Below, piece after piece: positions 11,229 through 25,941 of a stretch of 64,000 nucleotides of DNA. The translations under genes were made by a program, and so were the position numbers. The stretch spans positions 1-64,000 of the forward strand of contig MCFE01000094.1 in the NCBI GenBank assembly GCA_002104905.1, read 5' to 3'. The stretch comes from Basidiobolus meristosporus CBS 931.73 (taxonomy: Eukaryota; Fungi; Basidiobolomycota). The notes under the pieces are model-generated. The model saw nothing but the letters and a program-made list of their open reading frames with translations. It was not told the origin of the DNA and made no database searches. The first letter of the stretch is position 1. The number at the start of each line of letters is the position of its first letter.

Positions 11229-12258
11229 CCCAGCTCGACATCCCTAATACGAGTGCGGATACCCACATACCTTTCTTGCAATCGGATTCCCCCCCCCATT
11301 TTTGTTCAATAGTTTGTTCCGCCTTCGAAGTATCTTAGCCTTAATGCCTTCGCTGAATGCTTACTTGCTGTCATTGCACCTTCCTTTCGGACACGTTTAT
11401 TTATATCCGTAGTATATAGCTTTCGCTGACGATGCTTAGGTCGTCTTGTCTTCTTTGATTTGTTGCCATTGGGTGCTGTCTCCCATGAACATTCACCACC
11501 ACCCCTTGGCCAGACACCACTGCCTGCCACGAATAATCTAGTTTGATCTTCAGCAAGTGGCCCACCATCTGCCGTGTCAGATCCCCTTTGATGTGGGGCA
11601 GATCTCCAATATCTCTGTATTCACTGGAATAAATGAGCATCCCGGTAGGCGAGGAGCCAAAGGGATATTCTCCAACTAGACCGAGCTACTCCAAGTTGAT
11701 GTTGCTCCTCGAAGGAAGATCATCGGCTTCGTGCCATCCATGTTGCCCTCTCTTCATGTTGATCTGGGTGGCTGTCACTGCTGGCCCACAGCAGTGGGCT
11801 AATGGTTCCGGCGGCACGAAACCGTTGGGCCTCTGTAGATCCTGGCCATTGCTTTGGTCGCATCGCGACATGTTCCATGGTGGGTGAATACGGACGCAAC
11901 CGTTTCAGATGGCCCTCGGAGGATTGTGACTTCAGCGAGGTCTGTATCCCTGATCATGCTCGGATGCGGAGTGTTGTTTGGGTTTCGGAGGAGATGTTTA
12001 GAAGGATCTCAGGCGTTTGAGTCGCATCTGCATAAAACCGATCATTGCGTGGTCAACAACCTGTTTTGCATTTCTGTGCCATCACCAACTCGTCCCAAGA
12101 GACATACTTCCGCTGTGCAGAAAGGTTGAAGCGACACTATTTATTACAAGGTGAGGTGCTTCCCCTCTGATGAGTGTATTCTCGGGAAACAAGCCTGACA
12201 TCCCCCTCGATTGAAAGTTAGGCCTTGCATCTTCCTGCGAAGCATCCACCGTGGCAAC

Positions 12259-13575
12259 ATGATATACACCGAGCTGCAGCTCACCTTTTTAGAGTTCATC
12301 ACGAAAGTTAGCGCCTTCTCCAGCCTCCTGGGCTCCTCGGGAAACATCCTGGTACCTGCTTCTAACGCTTGAATGGCTAACCACCCTCTATTGACCTCTT
12401 GGTACATCAAGGCATTCCTGTGCCTCAAAAGATGCCAAACCGTCGTAGCAAGGATGGCGTTCTTCACCGCCATTGCGGATTTTCTCACTGCAGGGGCCAA
12501 GTTTTTGGGGCGGTAGGTATGGGCTTCGCGAAGGGGCGTTGGTTTCCCAATGCGGCATTGACCCCGAGTTATGCTATTCAGGTCTAGCTTGGAGTTCGGA
12601 AGCCACTCTGTGATATGTCAATTACAAGGAGCACTGATCCTGTGGGGCGATCTGTCTTGTAGTATATGGAGTGCTCTGATATCAACCAATTTGATCTTGA
12701 TATTGTTCTTTGAGTGGAGTGTGCAACGCGTAATGCGGCTAGAAAAGCTCTACCTTGTGTCGGCTTACTTGCTACCGGTGATGGTGGCGCTTCTTCCGTT
12801 TCTCTTCACCAGCAAGAGCCGCACGATCAACAATAGATTGGTCTACGGAGACGCACAGCTATGGTAGCGGGTCGTTGTGCTTCCGTCTGATCTCTTGACT
12901 AACCAGGGCATTCATGTATATACAGGTGCTGGATCACCCCTCAACACGCTCACCTGCAGCTGTATCTTTTTTTCATCCCGCTATGGATCATCTTCGCATA
13001 CAATCTGGCGATCTATGTGGTAGTTGGCTACCATATCTGGAGAAAAGCCAATTCATCCCGAGAGTAAGTCCCGGCAGAACCGGTCGTCCTTGAGATGTTT
13101 CTTACCGGGTGGCATTTCAGGAATACCTACAACTCGCTCAGTGAGTACAAGTATACGTATAGCAAGAATGCTGGCCTGTACGTTCTAGGATTTCTCGTCG
13201 TATGGTAGGTCGGGTTAGTTTTCGAGCGAAACGGACCAACGGTGATTTCACATTGTTTCCCTCAAACCAACCTCTAGGACCCCGGGTACCCTGCACCGCC
13301 TAAGCAAGATATTGTTTGGGGACGGGACATACGAGCTGACCATACTCCACGGGGTTTTCTCTCCTCTGCGGGGATTCATCAATTTTCTGACCTTCTTCTA
13401 CTTGTCTTGGTTCTCCCAGTTGAAAGACCTGGGAAACATTACCAGTCAAAAGGATACCTTTTCGGAAAACGTGGAACTCAACCTGGGCTCAACCCTTTTA
13501 ATATACCCCGATGTTATGTGGATATCGGAAATATTGAGTTCAGACTCGGGAACGGTGCCTCCACCGAATAAGTGA
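12259..13575 (+). CDS. cAMP-receptor-like / Git3-like 7TM GPCR, about 6 exons
   Basis: Spliced reading gives TM1 (KVSAFSSLLGSSGNILAFL), TM2 (MAFFTAIADFL), TM3 (CQLQGALILWGDLSCSIWSALISTN), YGDAQLW|CWI, TM6 (LYVLGFLVVW|TP) and TM7 (SPLRGFINFL). First-exon boundaries are inferred. Confidence 0.85.
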
Positions 13576-14035
13576 GCTCGCCTATCCGGTACCTCAAAGT
13601 TGGCCTTCAAGCGCACACTTCCACCACGCCAGCTGAGCTACTATCAAGAGTATCCTGACAGCGAAGCCTACCTGCCTTCTTCCGGCATGGCAACCACGGT
13701 GAGATAGATGTACACTAACTAGCTAGCTTATTTGATTTCGCCAAGGAGTTTAGCAGTCCTGGCAGGAGTTGGCATCTGCCATGTATTTATAAGGATCGTA
13801 TCTCATAAGCCGCAGGGAGCTTTCCTTCTTGAATGTATTTATGTTATAAAGAACTTGTATCACTTGCAGGAGACAAAATAAAGTAAACCGGGAATTGCAA
13901 ACTGCGAGTATGATTAAATCCATCCGAGCCAATAAACAGTATCAATGGGAAGTGGAATGTACAAGCATAAACGATTGACCTCTATCTACGGAATTGTTGA
14001 GAATGCTGGGTTGGAGTACTATGTAACAAAATAAG

Positions 14036-17000
14036 TTATTCGTCGTCTTCACTGGCTTCCGAGTTGGAGTACTCCGGCTCTGCCTCATCGGACTCTTCGT
14101 TTGCTGACTGAGAACCCGGCGTAGAGGGGTCCTCGTCATCGTTATCACTTTCCGGGTCATTAGCCAGGGCTTTCTTGACCTGTTCGATAAGCTCCTCTTC
14201 CGTTTCGAGGACATTGTATTTCGTGGGGTTAATGGCAAACCCGGCGTTCCGGCGTTGCTCCGCTCGCCTTCTGGCCATTTCCCGCTCCCGCTCAAAGAAT
14301 TCCTCGTCGTCCCCTTCGTCCGAATCTTCAATGAACTCCACGGATTTGAATATTTTGAGGGGCTCCACCTTCTTCTTGGTCTTCTTCTTTTTCTTCCTCT
14401 TCTCCTCCCTGTCCTTGGGATGTTTCTTGGGTTTCTTGGACTTCTTCTTCGCTTCCTTCAGAGGTTTACCATCCGGTCGCAGGGGGTTCGCCATGAACTG
14501 ATCGATAATCTCCAAGTCTTCGATAAGCTCTTGTTCAGTCAGGTAGCTTGGAATCGCCCACTCCATCTGATCGGGTTCACCCTCCAGGCTAGGATGGATA
14601 TCTGGATCTTCTTCGATGAATTTGAACAGCTTCAGCAACTCCCGGAATTGAGAGTCATCCTTCATAGCCAGCTTGTACGACTCGTTCGATGTGCGCAGCA
14701 TGAAGTTGGGTAGCAGTGCTTGATCATCCAGGTCCATGTGTGCGTTACTCTGTTTCTCCTCGACCGACTTGGAGATCATCGACTTCAACCATTCCAAAAG
14801 GTCCCGATGTTCATGAGTGAGCAGATGTCCGATAGCGACACCAATCTTTTGACTCCAGCTAAGTTGGGTGGGAAGGGCTTTACGGATACTCTGGATGGCC
14901 AGATCCTGCTCAGAATTTTCCGATTCGTCCGAACTCGAGTCTTCCTATGAATCCCACCAACATCATAATCAGTGACGGCTCACAAATGCAATTGCTCGTA
15001 CATGAACATTGGAATATCGGGGGCCACTACTTACTCTTGCTCTCTTCAGCATCTCCGATTGATCATTCTTCTCCTTGTCTGCCGTGTAGTCTTCATCGGG
15101 CAAGCCATCTTCTCCGTACTGGATCCTGATGCAATCTTGTCTATACTTGGGATACAATATTTCCACGGTCAGAAGCGGGTTTTTTTCAAGGGCTTTGAAC
15201 ATCTGGCGTAGACAATGTCTGCTGAACTTGATTAGCTCCTTGTAGGGCGTGGTGGCCCCAAGCGGATGTTTACGCTGCATTTGGATCAGGTCGTTGAACA
15301 CATGGAGTACAGAGAGTTTGTAAAAGATGGGCTCTATCTTGCTTTTGATGAACATCCGATGGAACATGGTTACGATGTGGTAAAGATCGTTCTCGTTCAA
15401 AGTTTCGTGAGATTCGAGCAGGACAATATAATTAGCTAGAATGGACTCCCGTGCGAATTTCTAAATGAGATAGGCTCGTTAGACTCGTTCGTTTAGCCGA
15501 CAGCCCATGTGGAAGCGGCACGATTCTCAACTTACCGATTCATACTCTTGGAATCTAAAAAGCTTCTCAGAGTATGTGGTACGCATTGTGTCCTCGTCAA
15601 CCTGAGGCTCTGTATCTTCTGGTTGGTTCTCGGGGTCCGCCGAAGTTGGCTCCTCTGCGCCACCCTCCGGGTTCCCCTCGGAGTCCACCTTGGCTTTCTT
15701 GCGTGACTTTGCTTTCTTACTTCTGATAAACATGTAGTTCTTGGACTTCGAGAAACGCTCCAGTAGCTTCAACAGAACATGAATCAGTTCAACTAAGCTA
15801 CGTAGGTAGCCGATGGACTGCGATTTGTATTGCGAGATCAAGGTGATGAAGAGCTTCAGGATTGATTCTTCGTAGTAAATGTTGTTCTGTAGGGCGGTGG
15901 CCATTTCCTGGTACATCTCGTCCTCGGAGGTGTACATGACATTAAGAACGTGGAACAAATGCTTGAGGCAATCGACTGCTGTGTAGAGCTCGTTCCAATT
16001 TTTCTCGTCCATGATCTTGATCATTCTGCGCACAATGAACAGAATGGAGGGAATTGTCATGATACGGGAAATCCCGTCGAACCCGGGTTCTTGGGTGCCC
16101 TCGGGTAAGCACTTAGGGTTCTCCTTCACGAGCTTGTACACGTTCAAGAAGTATCCGTTCAAGAAAAAGAAATTCCCATAGTCTTCCTCCTTGATCGAGT
16201 GGATTTCCCTTTCCAGGTCGTATCTCACCGCAGTAAACAACGGGTTGAAGCAGTTCTCCAGAAAAGTGAGGCTTGTTTGCCTCATGCACTGGCGCCCCTC
16301 CTTTGTTTTCAATTCCGCCATAAACTTCGTCTCCTTGCTTCTTCTTTTCGGTGCCATCTTCTTCTTGGTCTTGTCCAAATTGGCGGATAGCGGGGTGTAC
16401 CCTGCGTCCTGTGAGTGCAATACAATGTCCTTGCCATCGCCAAGATTTACTTTGTAGGCCCCGCCAAAACGATGGTGCCTGGTGGGCATGGAGGCTAAAC
16501 TCTGTTGCTTACGTAGCTCCTCTTGACGCAGCAACTCCCCCAACTTGCTAGCAGCAGGATTGTCATTTTGAGGCAAAAGGAACGAGCTGGGGTCAAAATT
16601 GCCAAATAAGCCGCAGAAAATCTCTTGGACTGTCATGTTCCAGGAGAGAAAGTCTGAATCGTCGGCCGAGGACGCAAAGGTCAGCAGTAACTCCAGCAAA
16701 TTAGACTCCTGCAGTCTGAGGATGATCCTCTCTTGAGTGAACGATTGTTCGTATCTTTCTGCAGAATCCTTGATTGATGCCTGTCGATCAGGAATGGCGA
16801 GTAGGTTGCGAATCAAATTCAAAATAAGCCCGATGAATCCATTTTCTCGTTCGCTTCTTTCCCTGAGAGGCTTGGAGAGTAGCTTCACTAAAACGCCGAA
16901 AATTCCCTCAAAAAGGCCCTCCCTTAAGAAAGCTTGTTTGTGAGTCCTCAGATACTCTAGGGACTCAAGAGGATATTCCGATTCTTGGTCCACCTTCCAG

Positions 17001-17450
17001 GTCAGCGGCACAAACAGTTCGACTGGAGGTCATTACAAGGAATACTCAATAAAATGATAATGCGTGACCAAAAGAAAACCCCTACTTACTGCAAGCTAAA
17101 CAATGTCTTTCCTGGAAACTGTTTGACATCTCCGAATTCAACAAGAAGATTGGGATCAGATCCTTGTTCAATATGTCCCATCTTCCCAGTAGCCTGATGG
17201 CTTGTTTATCTGAAGTGTAGTCTTCTTGTCTCAAAAATCGCTTCAGATCCCTCAAACATTCCAAGCATTCTTCTCCCAGAACGTAGATGTATTTTCCTCC
17301 ATCGTCACTGTCCGTGAGAATGCACTCTTTTGGAACTGCTTCGGGTATTTTGTCGCACTTTTCATATCCTCCTAGTGCTGAGCAAACCGAAATAAGCAGG
17401 TACTTTAACTCTGGGTCGAACTGGTCGTTCTCGGCTTCTACTCGGACCAT
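14036..17450 (-). CDS. TOF1: Timeless/Tof1/Swi1 replication fork protection complex subunit, spliced
   Basis: SVCSALGG, YVLGEECLECLRDLKRFLR, ELFVPLTW, RHHRFGG and the Timeless C-terminal region; acidic/basic low-complexity tail. Confidence 0.93.
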
Positions 17451-17970
17451 AGGTAACGCCTACAACTAGAATAAGGAATACAGATAGGTGAAGAGGAGAA
17501 ATGATATAGCCAAGCTCAGATGGAGAAACACCCAATACCAATAAGCATCCGGGCCACAGCTTTGATGTTATTATTATTGTTATGCTGGTATGTTTACTTG
17601 CGATAGGAAAATCCATGATTGGCCAATAGATTCGTTTTGGCACAACTCAACCATCATTGGCATCGCACTTGAATTTGGCTGGATGAAATTGCGAGCCTGG
17701 TATCCTTGATGATTGTCAGTGGCTGATTGATTGATTTTGAATTGCAATGCATGCAGGCAGGGTATATGGTTGATTTGGCTTCCCAGGGAAACACCCGGTG
17801 AGCTTTCAAACATTCCTGGCAGTGCCAAGCTTCGAGAGCATTGCTTATTTATTACAACTTTCTAGGACCAGAGGGGATCTGCTATAACTAGTAGGCCCCT
17901 TCAACTCTCAATTCTCAGCACCAGGTGTTTCCAATAATCCAGGTTGTGAAGGATCGGAGGTACCACACTA

Positions 17971-19760
17971 TCAGATAGGTGGGCGTACTGACCGTAATGA
18001 TTCCATAATGATATCTTCAGCCTTGAGGGTTCGAGAGGCTCTTCGAGAGTTCTGGTTCAGGAGGATTCGGTGCCCGAATACCTTCTTGATCATCATGAAG
18101 ATCATACCTGGGGTGACATAGCTTTGTTCCAAGATAACAGCAATAGCTCTGTGTAATGGTGTCAATGTCCGATGGTTACCGCAGAGTATGTGGGGTTTCT
18201 GCACTTGCCTAACTGCAGTTATCAGATCAGCCGCTGCTTTTGCGTTCAGCCCTGCTCGAAAAGCGCTGTTCATCCTGATGTGCATAACGATATCCTTCAT
18301 GTAGCGGTTGATCTCGGAATGAAGCTTTATCTGCTTCATTTTATGAGATATTTCCCGAAGTTCCTATGATGGTTCGGTTAAACTGTCTTTTGTATTGATG
18401 GCAAGTTGCTGGACACCTACATGGTAATTCAACATAATCACCCGCCTGGGTTGCACGCGTGGTTTTTGTTTCAACGGCTCCTCAAAGGAAAAATTAAGGA
18501 AAAACTAGCGTAATGGGTTAAACCTACTGGGCATGTTTGGCTGTAACATTGGGAACTCACTATGTTCCTGGGAAGTGGGATGGGCGTCTCCGTGGGCAAC
18601 AACAAAATTACAACGCATGGATCAGGCAGATGATACACAGAATTAGCCTCGGCAAACCAACCGTGGCTCAAGAACTGTATTTCATGGTAGACAACGTGAG
18701 AAGGGTGTGAAGTGGATACCAAATGCAAAAGGTACTCACCTCGGCTATGCTAGAATTTAGTTGAGGATCCGAGTCTTGGACACCCTCTATCAGGACGATA
18801 TTTGCAATACGTTTCAGCGGCTGTGAATAGTAGCTGGTATAGATGCTCGAGGAGGCCCGTTTAGCATTCACCGGTGGATCCATTTTGAAATCTGAAGACA
18901 TCGGCCTGAATCTTCTACTGGATGAGGTTGGCGACATATTTGTGGCAGTGCCAGTCTCCGCTGCGTAACTGGTATTGTTAACGTCACTGAAGCTTTTTGT
19001 GCTATGTGTCATCGGAAACTCCTTAAACATGATCAACAGAAGTTAAAATGCCAGTCGCCTAACTTTGAAGTAGCTTCAGAAATACCCCAGGTTTAGAAGG
19101 CTCTATGAAGGAAACCGATACTTGGTCTCTTATTAAGGCCAGATCTGCAGTCTCTTTTTCCCAAGGGTGATCGGTTTGAGGAGGCACCATTTTGGCTTTA
19201 CTCCGAAACACGTGCGTTTCTTCTGGGATCTTTTCACCCACTGAGACGCTTCTTCCTCTTCTTTCCCCAGTCTCATTCAGTAAAAGGCTATTTTTTCTGG
19301 GTCCGTTGTCCGGCCCGACCAGTGGGTTTCCCTTCTGAACCCCTGTGGAGAGCGTTTTGTATGTCGAGGCGATTGAACGCACCAAAGAAGTGGTACGAGG
19401 TCTTGCGATACTATCTCGGCTTTTACTTAGGAGCGTGGTGGTGAAATCGTCAAAGGTTGTTGTCGAGCCGCATTGGAGAGTCGCTTGGGACAAACCTAAC
19501 GTGTCTTGCGAGATCTAATAGAGTGCTATGTTATAAGCTGACCCAGTACTAGCAAGATTTCAAAAGCTGCTGACCTCCTCAATCATGTATATGAGAGCTG
19601 GAATGGTGTCTTTGGGAGCACGCAGGATGAGGTGCTTGTTTCCCGATACTAGACAGAGTATCAAAGAGAAAAGAATTTCTTCCGAGTAATACGAGCCCGA
19701 GTTTCTTATAATAGCTTGAATTCGCTGCCGCAACCAATCCTTTGGTTGTTTCGAGGCCAT
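17971..19760 (-). CDS. Conserved fungal protein with degenerate AAA+ / ChlI-MoxR lid-like C-terminus, spliced
   Basis: Exons join across GT-AG introns (MIEE|ISQDTLG); C-terminal helix pattern EINRYMKDIVMHIR...GLNAKAAADL...YVTPGMI...VFGHRI...IMESLRSVRPPI resembles MoxR/magnesium-chelatase lids; no intact Walker A seen. Confidence 0.65.
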
Positions 19761-20943
19761 GGTATTATCTTGGCTAACGAGAGGCGGTGGCAGTGGTAGT
19801 GAGTAACAAGAACAGCAAGCATTCTACCTCACAGTAGGCGGTTAGTTATCAAGGGGTAGATTTAGGAATAAAGCCACAGACATGACTGCCAAATTGGATT
19901 TGGCATATATCTCCATGCATGTTTCACTTGATCAATAGGAAATATCCCGGATCTCGTTGATGCGTCAATGCGTAAATTGCAGGTTTGTTCCCTATGCAAT
20001 ATTGGGTTGGTAGTAAACGGCTCCTATTTCTTAATTTGGTGAAGCAGCCCTGTCTATTGAACAAAGGATTGCTATGCATTTGCGACGTTCTATAAGCCAA
20101 CCGATATGTGAGAGTCAGTTAATGATCGGTAAATAATCATTTCAGAGCCATGGTCTCAGAATGCTTTACAGCAATCCCATTCCGTTTGTGGCAATTGGGC
20201 ATCACTGTTGGGCAACCACCTGCCTTGTGGCTGACTCAAAATTTCAGCTAGTCTAATTCTTTACAGGTTGCACAAATCCCCTAACCGTTCAGCTCCATGA
20301 CCATGTTGGTGGCGTAGTACACAATCCAGCAGAGCATCGTACGTGTTAGGCAGCACCATCATCACCGTATTCAGATCCAGGAGAGATTCTGGAGGTTTGT
20401 ATTGAAGCGAGGGCATGCATCACTAGTCCAAGGACGCTGGGTATTCAGCCCAGTGTTCAGCCATACCAAAGATGGAATGGATTCTCCGGTTTGACTACAG
20501 ATGTTTTTGAAAAGAAGGATCCTTAGTATAATAGGAGTAAATTCATATATACCAACACTGGGCTTGGGAATACAATATTCATATAATTAATATTCATCGC
20601 CCTTCTGAGTATCTCAGCGCCAGTATACTAATAATATAATGATTAAGGACATATGAAACCTGGAGCACGCCAAAATCGCTCTATACAAGCGATACCCAAG
20701 AACTCAGCATCTTTCTCATTTGCTGCTTCCTCACTAAAGTCCCGAACCACCCGCACGCTACCCTTTGCATCAACTTCTCGCTACCTAACAATATCCTGGA
20801 CCCTGTGGCTGGTAACTACTTTCCCTGATATCTCCCAATCCCTCCACCTTATGTCCTCCCCGGTTTACCTTGGGTTTTGAGAATCGCTTCTTATGCACTG
20901 AATATCGCTATCTATGAAACAACTAAACTCTTACCGTCTTTAC

Positions 20944-23900
20944 ATGTCTAGCAAAGCCAAACCTTCCCGAAATACGCAAGCAATACCCACTGCTCCTTCA
21001 TTTCACATGACTGCTCCTGCACGAGCTTTGTACGACTTTGACTCTGCCGATGACTCGTGCCTAAGGTTCAGAAAAGGGGAATTTATAGAGGTATTGACAC
21101 AACTGGATTCAGGCTGGTGGGATGGCCTCTGTAAAGGCTCAAGGGGCTGGTTTCCTTCGGAATTTGTAGTATTTATAAATGAGCCCTTAGATACACTGCA
21201 GGTAGTTTTTGTCCAGAGAATCCTCGCACCAACCTATATTAAGCGTGACAATATGTTAGGGAATCGAGACAAGTCTCCACCAGAGAGAAAATCCCGTGTC
21301 AGATCGTAAGTTGACTGCACCATATTCTATTGAAGAAAATTCCGGAATTGAAACTACCTTACTTGAAAACTTGGTTACGAAGTCAGCTGAAGATAGCACT
21401 TATCATTACTGCAGCAGTTCACCTGGAAACCACCGCAAAAATTCCACTTCTATTCAGGAGATGCAACAGAAACCCGGTGAAACTATCAGTGGCTCGTCAT
21501 TTCTCCGAAAGTTACGTAAAACCGACGATGAAAAGGCTAGTGCACTACCTTGTCTCAATGATGCAGTATTAACTGACACGAGAGACCGATGGTTTTAGTT
21601 ACCCCCAAACTGGGGCAAGAAGGTGTCTCCCGAGGGTAAAGGCTACTATTTTAACATAGTGACAGATGAAACCACATGGAACCTAAATGAAGTTGACTGG
21701 GAAACGGGCCTATTGGTAAATTCCCACTTGTAGTGAGCTTCAAGCCGACAGTACTGAACGAAATCTAGTTTTCTCACCAGAAAGCAAACAGACGTGGTTC
21801 CGCAATCTCAACAACATCGAATTCCTCCTTTGGAAAGGATCTTTCCTATGGTAGTGTCCACCCTGTCCCGTGCACCAAAAATCGCCGGCCATCGGGATTT
21901 GTGGGGCCCATTGATCTGGAGGGATCACTGCCTCAGCTCAGCTGGGCGAGGCTGACGGCAAACATTGTTCTCGCCATCCATCGTTTGAACCACTTTTCAA
22001 AAAGAAACATCAAGGAGCATTTCATTGAACAGGCCTCGGAGATTGTCGAGGCGGTCCGAATCATGTTTGTTTCTTCTCGCACTGAGAGCATGGACTCTCC
22101 CATATTGAACGCGCATCCGATGCTGAGAGCACATCACCACCATGTGTTCAACTCATTGTGTCACCTGGTCCTCTCTGCCCAATATGCTTCGATTATCTGG
22201 TGCTCGCCCGATGCCGTTAATAAGATGGAACAATATGCTAATGAGGTGTTGCTTGCCACTAGGCATTTCATAACAGCTGCCCAGGATATCGGAGTTGTTA
22301 TCAGGTGCCTGGAGGCAGAAACAGCACGTACAGTAGATTCCGATAACGAGGGGCACACTGCCCACCATGTGAGATTTCCTGGCGTTGTCGGTGGAGATCC
22401 CGGTCCCGATTACTTCCCTGATCAGCACGATATGCACACCGATCTACTGACGGAGCTTCTGACGTATTCGGGCTCGGTTACCAGATCCATTAACCAGCTG
22501 ATCAAGTACCTGGTTATGGGCGACTTCAAGCCTGTTACGCTGGTGGCCTTTGCCAGACAAACAATCATGCATATTGGACAGCTCATGACAGTTACTGATG
22601 ATGTGGAGGCAGAAAACGCCTACGACCAGACGCTGCGTGATTTTAAATACAGCAAACAGGCCGTCTACAACAGTATCTCCGCTCTGGTTGGCATCACTCG
22701 AAGGGCTGCCGAAAATGTGCCAACCGAAAACATCTTGGAGCAGTTACTTGAATGCGCCATGCAGGTTGAACAGTCAGCCAAGGAGTTGATCGTTGCCAGC
22801 AAATTTGTCATACATGAAAAAGGAATATGCGAGAATCGATCGCTGTCGGAGAAGTACTGCGTACATCATTCAAACTCCCCCGAGATCACGATTCGGCCGC
22901 GTCGAGCAATGTCCCTCTCATTTTTGGGTAGATATGCTTACAAAGCCTGTGAACCGAGCGACGACCTGATCCCTACTCGACGAAGAATAGAGTCCCATGT
23001 TGACATTGCTGATCCCAGGGCTATGTGTCTGGAGGAGGAAATGGATGCCACCGGTAACTCTAAGCAAAAAGAAAAGCTGAAAAAGTTCTTTGGCGACGAT
23101 ACGCCGAGCATTGTAGTCACAAAGAATCCTCCTGAAGAGAAGGCTTGGTATCTAGAATATGAGTACGTGCCAAGCGACATCGTGTTCAATATGGAAGGCC
23201 GAGTCAAGGGAGGCACCTTGGTAGCCTTAGTTGAACGACTTACTCTCCATGATTTACTTGGTAACCTTTTACTTGAAGCCCCATATGCTAGAACCCCCAC
23301 CTAACCAATGGCTCAAACACAAACCTAGATTCTACATTTATTGCCACCTTTCTACTGACCTATCGCTCGTTCACTACCACGGAGGAGCTGTTTGAGCTTC
23401 TGTTCGAACGCTTTGATATCCAGGCTCCACCTGGCCTAACTACAGAGCAGCTCGAGATATGGACCGAGAAAAAGTTGGTGCCCATTCGCCTCAGGTAGGT
23501 GGATTCTACGACAGGTAACATCAGAATTCAGACAGCTCACACCCGATGACACAGAGTCTTCAATATCATGAAAAGTTGGCTTGAGAGCTATTATCTTGAC
23601 AGTGAGGACGATTTCTCTCTGGAAATGCTGCGAGACTTTGCACAAACCAAGATGCAGGAGATCATGTCGTTCGCATCGAATCAACTTATCAAGCTGATTG
23701 ACAAAAGGGTAAGACCTGATGCTTGATCAGCGTGATGCAGAGGCTAAAGTTGATTTAGATGGCCGCCGAAGGGAATTTCCGCAAAATGGTTTTGAACATG
23801 AACCGCGAGGCACCGCCTCCCATTTTACCCAGAAACATGAGGAAGCTCAGGTTTCTTGAGATCGATCCTATGGAGATTGCCCGGCAATTCACCATCCTGG

Positions 23901-24872
23901 ACTCGACAATGTACAATCGAATCAGGCCTGTCGAGTGCCTGAACAAGGCTTGGAGTCAAAAAGACGCGTCGATCGCTATAAACATTAAAGCCATGATAGA
24001 GGTTTCAAACCAGGTAGGAAGCACCTCGATTTCCATTGAATACTCAAATGCCAATAGTCATCACCCACAACCCAGGTCACAAACTGGGTCACCGAAACAG
24101 TGCTCTTGGAAAAGGAGGTCCGGAAAAGAGTAGCGGTGATCAAGCACTTTATTTCCATTGGCGAGGTATAGTTTACCGCTTCGTATCATGCTCAGTACCC
24201 ATTTGCTAAACACTCCCCGGAAACTAATGTGTAGAAATGCCGAAATCTGAACAACTTCAACACACTCACCGCTATTTTGGCCGGCCTCAATTCCGCGCCT
24301 ATCCACCGATTGAAGCGGACCTGGGAGGTAAGATTGACTGCTACTTCCACTCCAGAATACAACATTTCTGAATGATAACTAGCTGATAAATGCGCGATCA
24401 ATTGGGGCCTTTGATGGGCTCAAAAGGCTTATGAACTCCACAAAGAATTTCGGAGAGTACCGTGAGGAACTGCACTCCGCGAATCCCCCATGTGTTCCCT
24501 TTCTTGGTACGCGCCATATACCATCCGTATCAGCATGCGGGGTCTAATGATATCCACTGCATTCTCTTAGGCTTATATCTTACTGACCTGACATTTGTCG
24601 AGGATGGCAACCCGGATCACGTTCCGAATCACCCGCATCTGATCAACATTGCCAAGCGTGCCAAGTGTGCGGAAGTGATCCGAGAGATCCAGCAATACCA
24701 AAACTCCCCCTACAACCTCACCATGGTTCCTGAGATACAGGCCTTTATCCAACAAGCTCTTCAGAAAGCAAACGGCGATCGTGACTTGTACGCCATGAGC
24801 CTACATCTCGAGCCCAAAGAGTGCGAGGATGAGAAGATTGCCCGTCTGCTTCACGAGAGTGGCTTCCTGTAG
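20944..24872 (+). CDS. CDC25: Cdc25/Ste6-type Ras guanine nucleotide exchange factor (SH3, WW, REM, RasGEF), multi-exon; start uncertain (20914/20944/21007)
   Basis: SH3 ALYDF...SGWWDG...RGWFPSEFV; [21 protein letters not shown]; [17 protein letters not shown]; catalytic [39 protein letters not shown]. Confidence 0.93.
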
Positions 24873-25941
24873 AGGAGACGGATTAATGTGCACACCTTCG
24901 AGATCGATACTGACCATGTCAATGGCAAAGTTAGCCTTCGTTTCGTTTCCACATCCTCCAAGCCCACGTTTCATCTTCAGCGGATTTCATCGAATACACC
25001 TGTATACCCCCGACGAATTTACCCCAGCCATCACACTGAACAAACAACCAACCCCATGTATATGTGCATTTATGCTATTTGCTTGACTGCTCTATCAAAT
25101 ACTGCTTCTTCCGAGAAGCCCTGAATATAATGACATGATTCTACAAAATCTAAAGACACCCAAGGTTAGCAGGTGGCTACCACATTTAACTCCCCACGAA
25201 TGGGTCCCAGTCACATGGCTGACTAACCTCAGAGGCCTAATTGCGTGCTAGCACGTAACCCAACTCTGATGGATGGGCTTCGCAGCGGATCAACTGCGCA
25301 ACCTCTAAGCGAAAGACCGCAAGCCTCTAGCAAGCGATATCGTCTGTAGGACAGTCTAACTAAACATCCACTTGAAACCATCTAGTAGACCATCGGATCC
25401 CATGATCACGTTACCTGCACTGTGAATCCATTTGCTTGAGCTACTGACGAGATGGCATCCACGATTCGCTAGGTTCCAATAAAATACGCATGCCGACCCT
25501 TCGCGCTACCATCTGCCGTAATTACGATACAGGACGTATTAAGTAATCGCCATCCCCATCCGCTGGATTCATATTGGTAGGGACTCTGCAACCGATGCGA
25601 AGAATCTGCACAAGTAAATGGGAGAATGGCATTGGGTGGAGGGCACAGATTCGAGGCTCGCTCTCGCCTCGCAATGGTAGAACCCCGATGGCAGGAACTT
25701 CTGGATCCAGGTGTTCGCACTCGACTACATTCGTACATACTCACAGGTATAGGCCGTATGCGTTTCTCAATTTATACAAGAATGGGGATTTATTAAGAGT
25801 ATTGGAATGGACAATTACATCGTACAGGAAAACTGGTAGGTGACTTCGTATTACTAAGAAAATCAACCAACTGATCAGTCATGAAGGTTGAACTGGGCTA
25901 AGTGTGCTACATGGCAATGTCGTTCATGGTTGATGAAGAGA

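Noticed and set aside
11300-12250. Overlapping ORFs between G-gamma and the GPCR
   Set aside because: No family recognised; the GPCR model is complete from 12259 without them.
14175-14950. Long plus-strand ORFs rich in Phe, Leu and Ser
   Set aside because: Antisense to the Lys/Glu-rich Tof1 tail.
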